From the human T2T-CHM13v2.0 reference genome, Homo sapiens: DNA of 64,000 nt. Both the position numbers and the translations under genes were made by a program. A model generated the notes under the pieces. That model had not been told where the DNA came from, did no database searches, and saw only the letters and a program-made list of their open reading frames with translations. The stretch is taken from the NCBI RefSeq assembly GCF_009914755.1, contig NC_060930.1. One strand, 5' to 3'. Every line of letters begins with the position of its first letter. Position 1 is the first letter of the stretch. Positions 39,392-53,000 of this stretch are shown here, piece by piece.

Positions 39392-40723
39392 ACACATACA
39401 AAAGGCAAAATCCATGAAAGAAACAATTGGTAAGCTGACTTCATTAAAATTAAAAACTTCTGCTCTGCAAAGAACACTATTAAAATAATGGGAGGACAAG
39501 AAACAGACTGGAGGAAAATATTTGCAAAAGACATCTGATAAAGGGTATTATCCAAAAATATACAAAGAATTCTTAAAACTCAACAGTAAGAAGAAAACAA
39601 TAAACCCACTTAAAAAGAGGACCAAAGACATTAACAGACATCTCACCAAATAAAACATACAGGTGTCCAATAAGCATATAAAAAAGTCCTCCACATCACA
39701 TGTCATCAGAGAACTGCAAATTAAAAATAAAATGAGATATCACTATACACCTGTTAGAATGGCCAAAATCCAGAAAACTGACAATACTAAATACTGGCCA
39801 GGATGGCCATCGTTGCTGCTAGGAGTGAAAAATGGTATTCCCACTGTGGAAAACATTTTGGGGGTTTCTCACAACACTAAACATGGTCTTGCAATATGAT
39901 TTAGTAAACGTATTCTTTGGTATTTATCCCAAAAGTTGAAAAGTTATACCCACACCATAAATGTTCTTATGGATGTTTTAGCCACTTTTTTATAATTACA
40001 AAAACTTGGAAGCAACCATGATATGATTCAGTAGGCAAATAAAAAAAATAAACTGCGGTACATTCAAACAATGAAATATTATTTGGCACTAAGGAATTAG
40101 CTATCAATCCATTAAAAGAGGTGGAGGAAACTTAAGTTCATATAAATAGGTAAAAGATGTTCAATCTGAAAAGGCTACATACAGTATGATTCTAAATATA
40201 TGACATTCGAGAAAAGATAAAATTTTAGAGACAGCAAAAAATTGTGGTTTCCTGGGGGAGTGAGGTGGAGAGAAAGAGTGGGAGTATGAAATATTTTTAG
40301 GGCAGTGAAAATACTCCACATAATACTATAATGGATACATGTGTTATACATTTATTCAAACCCATAGAATGTATGACATCTAGAGTGTGTTCTAATGTAT
40401 ATTATCAATTTTGGGTGATTATGATATGGCAATGTAGATTCATCAGTTGTAACAAATGTACCACTCTGATGAAGAATATTGATAATGGTGTTGATAGATT
40501 ATACATGTGTGGAGGAAGAAGGTAAATGAGAAATCTCTGTACCTTTCTCTTAATTTTATTATGAACATAAAACTGCTCTAGATTAAGAAGTATTTATAAC
40601 TGTAGTAGCAAAAACCATATCTAAATGTTCAGGAAGAGGAAAATAGCTAAATAATTTTGGCATATGTATATTATGCGATATTAAGCAGGTATGAAAAAGT
40701 TTGAGTTATATAGCTAGCTATCC

Positions 40724-40902
40724 CTCTCTATCTGTCTATCTATCTATCTATCTCAATAAACTAGACAACCCAGAAACTATCCAACTCTCTCTCTCTACAT
40801 ATATATATACATATATATATACACACACATATATATACATATATACATATATATACACACACACACACATATATATATATATACACACATACATATATAT
40901 AT
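40724..40902. repeat. (TCTA)n and (TA/CA)n microsatellites
   Basis: Directly visible. Confidence 0.9.
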
Positions 40903-43656
40903 GGAGGATGGATATTCATGAGTAAGAAAAATAATCATATTTTATGTTTTACAATTGTGCAGGAAAATATCTCAAAGAACAATGATTTAAAAGAGTAAAA
41001 ATTCTGCTTTAGTTACAAAATACCTCGTGACTTGGGTCAATTATTTCAGTCATCTTGTTACAAACCCCTTGGAAATCTGGCCAGTAGGTATTAAGCATAG
41101 CAAACAGCTAATGCCCCCAAAATAAACGAAGGCTAGGAATGAAGTGGAAGATAAATATTGGACATGTACTTGTAAGCTGACATTCCCAGCCACTCACCCC
41201 AGGTTTATGATTAATTGCGTATTAATTCCCACGTGTAGACCACAGGAATAATACTGAAAGTTAAGTCATCACATAAAGTTTGACCATGAAGGATACACAC
41301 TGAATGAAAAGTGAGAGAAAAAAAAAATCTACCCACCAATACAGGAACATATCAAGAACCATGTTTTTCTCTGCCAGGCTCTTAGGCAAATTAATACTAC
41401 TGCACTGCCCTAATGTAGGTTTGATATTAAAATTTGTGAGATTTGCATTATCACAAAATTCCCAATCCAAAAGTCAAATGCAAAAGAGATCCCCTAAGAT
41501 AATTTTGTTGACATATCTACAGCAGATGTAAATTTAAATTCTCCTATCTAAAGTTGAAGATGTAATTCTTCCTGTTCTTGTTACAACAATAGCACAAATT
41601 AATTTATTCAAAATCTGAGAATTTTTCAGAAGTAGTTGAATGATGAGAAAATTTGTGTTTAAGTACTAAAAAGTATAAAAATAACATAAAGGATTAGATT
41701 AAGAAACAGGAAATCTATTTCTCATTCTAAATGCCAGGAAGTGTGAGATAAATTAAAGAAAGGTCTTTAAGAAAAATGTTTCAAAGTTGAAGTTAAAATA
41801 AATGGTTTTTTAAAAATATATTCATATTAAAAAAGCAAACTGATCTGCTTAAGACATTTATGGGATAACATTGATTTTAACAAATTAAATTAAATACATT
41901 TGAGCAAAACTAAATTTATAATGTGAAAATGATTAACATTAAGAACGAATCAAACCGTAACTCTTCCAGTCTAATCTCCTACAAAATTCCCATCCTTTTA
42001 TTCTCAGCGCTTGAGTTAATGAAGAAAAGAGAAAATACTAGACATGAACCCACTGATTGCTGTTTTCCTCTCCTTCCTATAGCATTTGTTTATCACTGGC
42101 TTCATAGAAAGAACTATCCTTTCTTTTGTAGAAGATTAATCGCCTGAATTATTGGTACTTTTCTCATTATAATTCTCCACAATTATTTTCTTATTACATT
42201 TGTGCTCCAAGCAGTTGCACGCACAACTCCAAGCTAGCTTTCGATAAATTGCTATTAAGCTGAGCTTATTTGGTTTTCAAAAATAGAAATTCATACCGGT
42301 AAAGATGGCAGGTTTGAAGCTAGAGTTTGAAATTTAAAAAAAGATAAATCAGCAAAATATTAGCTGAGGAAAAAAGGTTAAAAGAATATTTTACTAGAAA
42401 CCAATAAATTTTAGGAAAGAGTAATTTAGAACATTTGGAAGTCACATGAAATACAGCTGTGTCAAATGGGATATATTACACAAAATATCATTTGGTCATT
42501 GATAAATTACCAATTATTAGAGTAATATAATACACATTAATAAAAGAGAACAAATGTAGTTATTATGCTGATTTGTGTCAGACAAAATTTTTTGGCTTCA
42601 TGATGGAAATTAAAGACCAGTTGTCAAAGTATGGCAATATCTTCTGATTTAATAATGTGTCCAATGTACCTACAATGCAGATGGATGATCAAGTTATAGG
42701 AACTTTTGTGTCTCCATCACTGACCTTCTTCACTAGTCAGCTACATAAGTGCAATCTTGGATTTTGGCACCTCATCTGTTGGCCTCTCCAGAATTAATAA
42801 ACTTCTACTTTTAGTAACTTCTACTTTTAGACCACCTGCTGGGTGAATATTTGGGGAGACGGTTGGATAGAGTGGCTCCTGTGAAAAATAAACACTCTGG
42901 GAAATCTGAAGTACAGGCTTCACTCACAACATGACTGAGCTGCAGTCACTTGCTCTGAAATGCTATTTTCTACAGCATGGTCCTGAGCACGACATGTATC
43001 ATTTTTTTCCAAATAGGTAAGAACTTTTGGGTTACTGAGGATAATTTATTTTTTGAATACAAATGATGTTACAGTTTCTAATAGAATACATGCAGTTTTC
43101 GATAATCAAATAGTAATGATGATAGGTATCATCATGGATTTCATCAGTGATATTCTTTTGCAGTATTTGTTGATGATGGGATTCCTACCATTGAAATTAT
43201 TATTTTTCAAGGTTTTGAGATAAAAAATGAGGTTTTTGCAATTCTGTAAAACTACCTTACTGCCATTTATGTGACTATGACAATTACTGAAATAGTAGTT
43301 TTAAATAAAGCTTTCTTGTTGCTTAATCTATACAAACATGCATGCTGTGATACATACGCTGGCTAAATAGCATAGAAGTGTGGTTTTGAAATAGTTTTGA
43401 TGTGTTATTTTGCATCAAGTTTGGCAAAATATTTGCCTTGATCTACCCTAACTACCTGTATAAAAATTATGTCAAGTTAATTTCAACATACTGCTTGCTT
43501 TGTAATTCTATGTAGGATGCCAATAGTGCAATATAATTGTTTTGTAATAGTGTCAATAAATATATTCAAATTTATTTTATAGTTTATTTTTAAGTATTTC
43601 TAATATATTTATCAAAACATTAATTTTTGCTTATGTATTTAAAAATATATTGTCTG

Positions 43657-44047
<391 letters not shown>

Positions 44048-44195
44048 TTAGGTTTAGTAGATTTTTTTTGCACATGAAGAACTTATGATTTCTTACTATT
44101 TTCTAGAACTCTGTATTAGTATAAATTCCTCTCAACTTATAGAACACTTTAAAAATATTTTGACAAGTCACTAACATTTTCCATGAGTCTTTTTT

Positions 44196-44830
44196 ATAAT
44201 GTCAAATGTCTTAAATGTCTATATAAATATATGTTTAATATATAGATAAAATATAGAGACATTATATATACATATAAATATATATTATATATACATGTAT
44301 TATATATATTATATATATTTATACATTATAATATATTATATATTATATATGTATATATAATATATATAATATATATTATATAATATATATAATATATTAT
44401 ATATATAATATATTATATATATTATATAATATATTAAATATTATATATATTTATATAATATATACATATATAATTATGTATACATTAATTATGTATACAT
44501 ATATAATTATGCATACATTAATTATTATGTATACGTATATAATTATGTATACTTTAATTATTATGTATGCATATATAATTAAGTATACATATATAATTAT
44601 GTATGCTTATACATGTATAAGACATAATGTAAAATTTCTTAAATGTCTATATAAATATGTTTAATATATAGATAAAATATAGAGACATTATATATACATA
44701 TAAATATATTACATATACATGTATTATATATTTATATATTATAATATATTATATATGTATATATTTATATATAATAAATTATATATGTATATATAATATT
44801 ATATATATACAAATATATACATATGTAATA
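44196..44830. repeat. TA-rich block with a 428-bp-offset direct repeat and internal ~20-bp minisatellite
   Basis: ATAATGT.AAAT.TCTTAAATGTCTATATAAATAT...AGATAAAATATAGAGACATTATATA starts at 44196 and 44624. ATAATTATGTATAC units occupy 44470-44610. Confidence 0.88.
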
Positions 44831-45262
44831 TTGCCAAATCTTTCATTATGTGAATATCTTTCATAACAAACTTTTTTTGGATTATTTCACAATTTTTGAG
44901 GACCAAATTAAATGGCATATGTGAGTTTATTAATTCTGGTGAGGCCCACAGATGAGGTGAGGTGCCAAAACCCAAGATTCCACTTACATAGCTGACTAGT
45001 GAAGAAAGTCAATGATGGGAACATAAAGTTTCCTGTTTCTTGATCATCCATCTGCATTGTAGGTACACTGGGCACATTATAAAAACAAAATATAAATTGT
45101 TTACAGGTATTCTTATTAGAAAAAAAACAATAATTACTGTGGCCTTCTTCTGAAAATAAAGCTCTTTTATCCAAATAGAAATTCTGTAAATTCTGAGGAT
45201 AGGCGTCAGTTAGAAGACTCTGGGTTCTAGTGAATCGATTTAACGATGGTGATATTAATTAT

Positions 45263-45751
45263 TGCCGATACCAGCTTGGTCGGGGAGACCCTAACCCAGT
45301 GGCGCTAGAGGAATTAAAGACACACACAAACAAATATAGAGGTGTGAAGTGGGAAATCAGGGGTCTCACAGCCTTCAGAGCTGAGAGCCCCAAACACAGA
45401 TTTACCCACGTTTATTAACAGCAAACCAGTCATTAGCATTGTTTCTATAGAAATTAAATTAACTAAAAATATCCCTTATGGGAAACGAAGGGATGGACGG
45501 AATTAATTGCAGCAGGAACATGCCCTTAAGACACAGATCTCTCAGGCTTTTGTTTGTGGCTTAAGAATGCCTTTAAGGGGTTTTCCACTCTGGGCGGGCC
45601 AGGTGTTCCTTGCCCTCATTCCCGTAAACCCACAACCTTCCAGCTTGGGCGTTATGGCCATTATGGACATGTTACACTGCTGCAGAGATTTTACTTATGG
45701 TCAGTTTTGGGGCCAGTTTATGGCCAGACTTTGGGGGGCTTGCTCCCAACA
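45263..45751 (-). mobile_element. MER9 solo LTR (HERV-K HML-3, ERVK)
   Basis: TGCCG...GGTCGGGGAGACCCTAACCCAGTGGCGCTAGAGGAATTAAAGACAC...GGGGGCTTGCTCCCAACA with a 6-bp TSD AATTAT (45257-45262, 45752-45757). Confidence 0.93.
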
Positions 45752-46174
45752 AATTATCAATTTCCATTTACATGAGTGCTTTTTAATTAAAATTACAAAT
45801 TTACAGGCTTCATAATTTTCCCTTGTTTCTCACTGCTAGATTTTAAAAATCAGCGATTTCAATATATGTATATGAAGCTCTTGCCCTATGAAACACCTTC
45901 TGAAAATAATATACTATGCCCAAATAAGCCTAAAAAGGGTTTATGCTGCATTCTTTTCTTCTAGATTGAAAACATTTATTGTTATATTAAAAGCTCTGAA
46001 GAATTCTGTAAGAAGCTGTTTTTAAATTGGAATTCTTAAATATTTTTATCATAGAAAATCTTCCTCAAAATTTTGGAAAATCTGATTTTAAAGCATTGTA
46101 ATATTAGCAAATAGACTATGAATCATTAATAAGGTTGTGCTTGTTGTCAATAGGTAGCAAGCTTTTAAAATACA

Positions 46175-46386
46175 AGACTCAGAATCAGAAATAACATGGT
46201 TCAAATCCTAGCTCCATCACTAACTGACCAGGGAAAAATTACTTCAATCTTCAATCCTTCCATTCCTAAAATGATAACAATAAGTCCCACCAATAAAAAT
46301 GTTGAGAAGATATAATGAAAAGATGTTTAAAGCCTTAGCACACTGTGTTACACTCTAGAAAATACTTAGTTTAACAGTTAACTATT
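46175..46386 (+). mobile_element. MIR (MIRb-like)
   Basis: GGTTCAAATCCTAGCTCCATCACTAAC...AAATGATAACAATA...AAAGCCTTAGCACACTG. Confidence 0.7.
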
Positions 46387-47451
46387 GAGGATTTATTTTC
46401 TTATGATTTTGAAGAAGTAATTTTTTTCTTCTAACAGTTAGTCCTGGTTTCTTAATGAAACAAAATCAACTGTAGTAGTCCAAAAGGCTACCATGAAAGG
46501 CAAAGATTACTAGGAGAGGCAATCTAGCTGTCAAGAGGTTTCAAGAGTATTATTACTTATAGGGAATTTGGCATCATCAAGTATTACCAAATCTATACAT
46601 GACAGTGCCAAAGGACAAGTGTAATCTATCAAAGAGAAAGCTGGCCAAACTCATGAGACCAGTGAATAAAACCAACAATCCAACTCAATTCAATTATCTG
46701 AAAGAATTATAACTAGAGTGAAACTGGAATACCCATGTTGGAATACATAATTTGATTCCCTTCCTTAAGGGAAGGTAAGATGTTACCATAAGATTTATCT
46801 AAGGAAGGTGTATACATTGGTTTACATTGGTAAATCAATGTTTAAGGATGGATTCACCAAATGAGCATAAAATCAGAACAGATAATTTATTTTAACAAGT
46901 ATATGACAGGAAATGTGCTAGGTGCTAGTTACATGATTCAAAAATGCAATTAATCTGGATTGAGGTGATCTTCTGTAGACATTTTGAATATTGAAATTGT
47001 CTTTCCAGTGACTCCAAAAGACTGAATATCATTGCATTTCTAATGTACATAATTAAAGTGAGCATCTTAAATATTTGTATTTAACAAATACAATTTTATA
47101 TCTTCCTAAATCTGCCTAATTTCTCTTGCGGCTGGTACTTTCCATCTTTTTCTTTAGGTATATAATGCTTTTGGTCAAGTTCTGCTCTGCCATCACATCT
47201 CAATAATGTTAATATTATATTTTTGCCTTGATGTCTCACACACAAAGAACATGGGCCAAATCTAATGAAAGATCTGATTTTCCTTTTCCAAGATAATTGA
47301 GATTTCTCATTGTAGTCCCATTGCCAAACTTTTCATTGTTGTCAAACAGCAAAACAACTGAAGGTTTTTCAACGAAAAATAAGGAAAAGAAAACACCATC
47401 TTCCCTAAAGAAAACATGGCTTAAAGATGGATGGGAGAGAGAAGGGTCATG

Positions 47452-47510
47452 GAAGGAGAGAGAGAGGAAAAAAAAAAATGAGGGGGGGGGAGAGAGAGAG
47501 AGAGAGAGAA
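47452..47510 (+). repeat. (GA)n / purine tract
   Basis: Directly visible. Confidence 0.85.
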
Positions 47511-49009
47511 ATAATAATACATCATTTTGGCTAAACTGGGAAACAAAGAAGATGCATAACTATATGTTTATCTTAGAATGCATAAAAATGTATGTAAATT
47601 TAAGTTCCACACAGTGAAAAGACATTCAGGATAAAGTCAACTTAAGTGGGTGCAGTATCCTTATATAGTGAGATGTTAAGATTTTGCTAGTTTCCATTCA
47701 TTATAGAAAAAAACTTTCTTTGGGATATGGAATTCCAAAAACATACCTCATTTGATACTACAATATTCCCAGTCTTATTTGAAACATAAATTATATAAAT
47801 CCTGCTTTGTAGTAGCAGAAAAGTATATCTCCATCTTTTAAAGGAAAATTTGATTCCAATGTTCCCATATAAAATATACTGGCCTCAGCAAGAGTTTTAC
47901 ATAAAAGTTGCAACATGGCTGATCACCCATCTCCCTCAGAGTCAATTATTTTAACGTTTTCAGTCTGGGCTTAGGCCTAGTCATTACACAAAAGGGAGTT
48001 TCAATAGGGTTTGTAATGACTTGTTACTTGTGCTGAGATTTCTCAGGCAACTTTGATTCTGCTTGATCTATTGTTGCAATTGATTTTATAGATCACCAAG
48101 GAATGCACAATCACTTCTATCACCATGTGTAGCTTTGGAATTCTAATCTAACTTGCCTTTGTCCAACAATTGTATTGGACATACACATTAGTGGGGAATT
48201 TTTTTCTTTTAAGGTTCCAAATACCAATTTTCTTTAGCATATAGAATAAAAGCTACCTTGTCTAAATAAATATATTTAGAATATGTTGGATTAGTATTAT
48301 ATAGAGGATATAATTGTTGCTCCTTGACTATATCTCCTTGACAGGTGTTGAACTGCCTACACTTTGCTTGATTGGTAAATATATTGCTATTGTTTTTATA
48401 GAAAAATTCTAGAAGTTATGCTAGAGTACACTTTCACAATGCACCTTAATGCAAAACATCTGTTTCATAATCTACTCTCAGTTATCAAAGGTATAAAAAA
48501 TATTGTTAAATTTCTTTTTCTTTCCCACTCATTAGCTTATTGGTGAGAGTATTTATGTATAGCTGCAAGGAATGCCTTATAGAGATAAATATAGTACTGA
48601 AGGCAGCTGAAGTAATAAAAAGAACTAGCAAACAAGATACCTGGTTCCACAAGAGCCCTTATGTGTTTTATTTAGTGTCTTCCCTCTTGGCTCACTATTA
48701 AATACCCATAGCTCCAGACTGGCTGTCCTCCATTTCTTTTATCTACTCTTCTGCATGCCACATGGAATAGCAAAGCCATTCATCATATTTTGCATGATAA
48801 TATCTTTGGTACTATAGACTAAATGATAGAGCTCCTAGGTGTATAATGATCCACATTTCCAAACTTTAATCTGTCTTTATCGGTAGTTTCTAGGATTTTC
48901 CCTCTATAGTCTTCTCAGCCTGCAAACTCTCCTCAGCCAAATAAGCTAAAGTCAGACTTCAAAGCAGGGCTTATGAAACTCACTGTAATCTGCTACCTGA
49001 CTATGTTTC

Positions 49010-49373
49010 TGTATTAGTCTGTTCTCACTGTGCTAAGAAAGACATACCCGAGACTGGGTGACTAATAAAGGAAAGAGGTTTAATGGACTCACAGTTTCAC
49101 ATGGCTGGGGAGGCCTCACAATCATGGCAGAAGGTGAAGGAGGAGCAAAGACATGTCTTACATGGCAGCAGGCAAGAGAGAGTGTGCAGGGGAACTGACC
49201 TTTATAAAACCATTAGGTCTTGTGAGACTTATTCACTGTCATGAGAACAGCAGGGGAAAAAAACTGCCCCAATGATTCAATTACCTCCCACTGGGTCGCT
49301 CCCATGACACGTAGGGATTTTGGGAGGTCAATTCAAGATGAGATTTCGGCGGGGACACAGCCAAACCATATCA
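49010..49373 (-). mobile_element. THE1B solo LTR (MaLR)
   Basis: TGTATTAGTCTGTTCTCAC...GGGGACACAGCCAAACCATATCA with TSD GTTTC/GTCTC. Confidence 0.93.
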
Positions 49374-49804
49374 GTCTCCACTTCTACTGCTTCTCATTAT
49401 TACCTACATGTTTTGAAAAGACAAAACTAACTATAGTTTCAAAAATATAATGTGTTATTTATTGCTCACCATGATATTTCTTGAACTTTACCTTTAACAC
49501 TTGGATTTATTTACAAGATCCTCAGATGAGCCCTAATAATACTAGCACTTATCACATTTACTCCATTAAAATCTCCACCATATCTGCCTGTCTCTTCTGC
49601 TAAACTGAGAACCCTTAAAAGGAATGCTGTCTTTTTGATATGTAATTCCAACCTCTGGCTTCTACAGTATAATCGGTCAATTGTTTTCCTCCATTTCTCT
49701 TTTCAGTTAAAACTTGTACTCTACATTTCTATCTTTCAAGCAAGGTAAAATGATTGAAAACTGATAGTTTAGTTTCAAGTAAGATTTTAGATATATACAT
49801 GTAA

Positions 49805-49850
49805 TTTTCTACAGACATGGGGTCTTGCTATGTTGCCATGGCTGATCTCA
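49805..49850 (-). mobile_element. Alu/FLAM fragment
   Basis: TACAGACATGGGGTCTTGCTATGTTGCCATGGCTGATCTC. Confidence 0.6.
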
Positions 49851-50061
49851 TCAAATAAGTTGTATATAAATATTTTTAAAAATATAAATGGATGACTTAT
49901 TCATTCATCCAGCCAGCCAGACATCCATCCATTAATTTATTTAATTCATGTAAAATGGCATTCTAGGTGTGGGTGGAAAAAAATGACAGGCTGTCTTTTT
50001 TGGCCTTGTAGTAACATTCAGTAGTTAGTACCTAATTCACTGAAACAGAACCCTGACTTCA

Positions 50062-53000
50062 TTTTTTTAATTTTTAATTTTTGTAGGTACATAGTATGTG
50101 TATATATTTATGGGAGACATGAGATGTTTTGATACAGGCATATGATGTGACAAAAGCACATCATGATGTATGGGGTACCCATCCCCTCAGGCATTTACTC
50201 ATTGAGTTGCAAACCATCCAATTACACTGTTTAAGTTATTTAAAATGTACAATTTAGTTATTATTGACTATAATCACTCTGTTGTGCTATCAAATAGTAG
50301 ATCTTATTGATTCTTTCTAATTTTTTTGTACCCATTAACTATCCCTACCTCTCACCCAGCCTTTTATTACCCTTCCCAGCCTCTGGTAACAACACTTCTA
50401 CCCTCCATGCCCATAAGTTAAATTGTTTTGATTTTTGGATCTCATAAGTAAGTGAGAACATGTGATGCTTGTCTTTCTGTGCCTGACTTATTTCACTTAA
50501 CACAATGATCTCTAATTCAATCCATGTTTTTGCAAATGACTGGGTCTCATTGCTTTTTTATGACTGAATTGTACTGCATTGTGTATATGTACCACATTTT
50601 CTTTATCTGTTCATCTGTTAATGGGCACTTAGGTTGCTTCAAAATTTTAACTAATGTAAACAGTGGTGCAATAAACACAGAAGTGCAGATACCTCTTCAA
50701 TATACTGATTTCCTTTATTTTGGGTATATACCCAGCAATGGGATGAATCATATGGTAGCTCAGTTTTTAATTTTGTTAAGAACCCCCAACATTTCTCCAC
50801 AGTAGTTGTACTACCTTCCATTCCCAACAATGTATAAGGTTTCCCTTTACTCCACATCCTTGGCAGCCTTTGTTATTGCTTGTCTTTTGGACAAAAGCCA
50901 TTTTAAGAGGGGTGAGGTCATATGTCATTGTGATTTCAATTTGCATTTTTCTGATGATCAATTATGTTGATGACCTTTTCATATGCCTGTTTGCCATTTG
51001 TATGTCTTCTTTTGAGAAATGTATATTCAAATCTGGTACCCATTTTTTTATTGGATTATTAAATTTTTTCCTATAGAGTTGTTTGAACTCATTATGTATT
51101 CTGGTTTTTAATCCCTTGTCAGACTGTTAGTTTGAAAATATTCTCTCCCATTATGTGGGTTGTCTCTTCACTATGTTGATTGTATTCTTCAACTGTAAAA
51201 AAGCTTTTTAAGTTAATGTAATTCTATTTGTTCATTTTTACTTTGGTTTCCTGTGCTTGTATGGTACTGTTAAAGAAATCTTTGCCTAGACCAATGTCTT
51301 GGAGAGTTTCTCCAATGTTTTCTTACAGTAGTTTCATAGTTTGAGGTCTCAGATTTAAGTCTTTAATTCATTTTATTTGGCTTTTATGTGTAGTGACAGA
51401 TAAGGGTCTAGTGTCATTCTCCTGCTTATAGATATCCAATTTCCCAACACCGTTTATTAAAGAGATTGTCTTTCCTCCATGTATGTTACTGGCACCTTTG
51501 TCAAAAATAAGCTAACTGTATGTGTGTGGGTGTGTTTCTGGCTTCTCTATTCTAGTTCATTGATCTATGTGTCTGGTTCTATGCCAGTACCATGCTGTTT
51601 TGGTTTCTGACTTTTCTACTCTGTCCCATTGATCTATGTGTCTGTTTTTATGTGAGTGCCATGCTGTTTTGCTTACTATAGCTCTGTAGTATAATTTAAA
51701 GTCAGGTAATGTGGTTCCTCCAGTTTTGTTATTTTAGCTTAGGATAGCTTTGTCTACTCTGGGCCTTTTGTGGTTACATATAAATTTGAAATTTTTTTTC
51801 TGTTTCTGTGAAGAATGTAATTGAAAGTTTGATAAAGATTGCATTGAGTCTGTAGATTGCTTTGGATAGTATGGACATTTTAACAATATTGATTCTTTCA
51901 ATCCACAAACATGGAATATTTTTACATTTTTTTGGTTTTCTCTTCAATTTCTGTTATGTATATTTTATAGTTTTTATTATAGAGATCTTTTACTTTTTTG
52001 GTTAATTCTACGTATTTAATTTGTGTGTGTTTATTATAAATAGGATTACTAATTTTATTTCTTTTTCACATAGTTCATTGTTGGCATATAGAAATGACAC
52101 AGATTTTTGTAAGTTGATTTTGTGTCCTGCAATTTTGCTTGACACAATTTGTGTCAGTTTACACAAACAAACTGAATTTGTTTGTCAGTTGTAATACTTT
52201 TTGGTGGAGTCTTTGGGGTTTTTTCAAATATAAGATCATATCATTTGCAAACAAGGATAATTTGACTTCTTACTTTCCAATATGGCTACTTTTATATCTT
52301 TCTGTTTTCTGATTGCTCTAGCTAGGTCTTCCAGTAGTATGTTGAATAACAGTGGTGACAGTGGGCATCCTTGTCATGTTCCAGAACTCAGAGGAAAGGT
52401 TTTCAGTTTTTTTCTTTTTTTCCCTTTCAGCATGATACTAGCCATAAGTGACCTCTATTATGTTGAGGTATGTTACTTCTATCTCCAGTTGTTTGAGGCT
52501 TTTTATCATAAAGTGATGTTAAATTTTACCAAATCTTTCTTGTCTGTATCAATTGAAATGATATTATTTTTATTCTTAATTCTATTGATAATTATGTATC
52601 ACTTTAATTGATTTGCATACATTGAACCATTCTTGCATCCCAGGTATAAGTTTCAGTTGGTGATGATGACTGATCTTATTAATGTATTGTTGAATTCCAT
52701 TTACTAATATTTTGTTGAGAATTTTTGCATCAATATTCATCAGAGATATTGGCCTGTGGGTTTGTTTGTTTGTTTGTTTGTTTGATGTGCCTTTGTGTCA
52801 TTTTGGAATCAAGGTAATACTGGCCTTGTAGAATGAGTTTGGACACATTCCCTCTTCCTCCATCTTCAGAATAGTTTGAATAGGATTTTTTATTAGTTCT
52901 TTAAATGTTTGGTAGAATTCAGCAGTGAAGCCTTTGATTTCTGGCTTTTTCTCTATCGGAAGACTATTATGAATTCAATATTATTACTTGTTATTGATCT

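Larger units (their letters stand above)
37140..40597 (+). mobile_element. L1MC1-like element (ORF2 RT/C-terminal part plus 3'UTR)
   Basis: ORF2 motifs (AAAGCATTTGACAAAAT, TGCAAATGACATAATCATCTAC) and an L1MC 3'UTR (AAACCCATAGAATGTA...TTGTAACAAATGTACCACTCTG...AAATCTCTGTACCTT). Confidence 0.85.
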
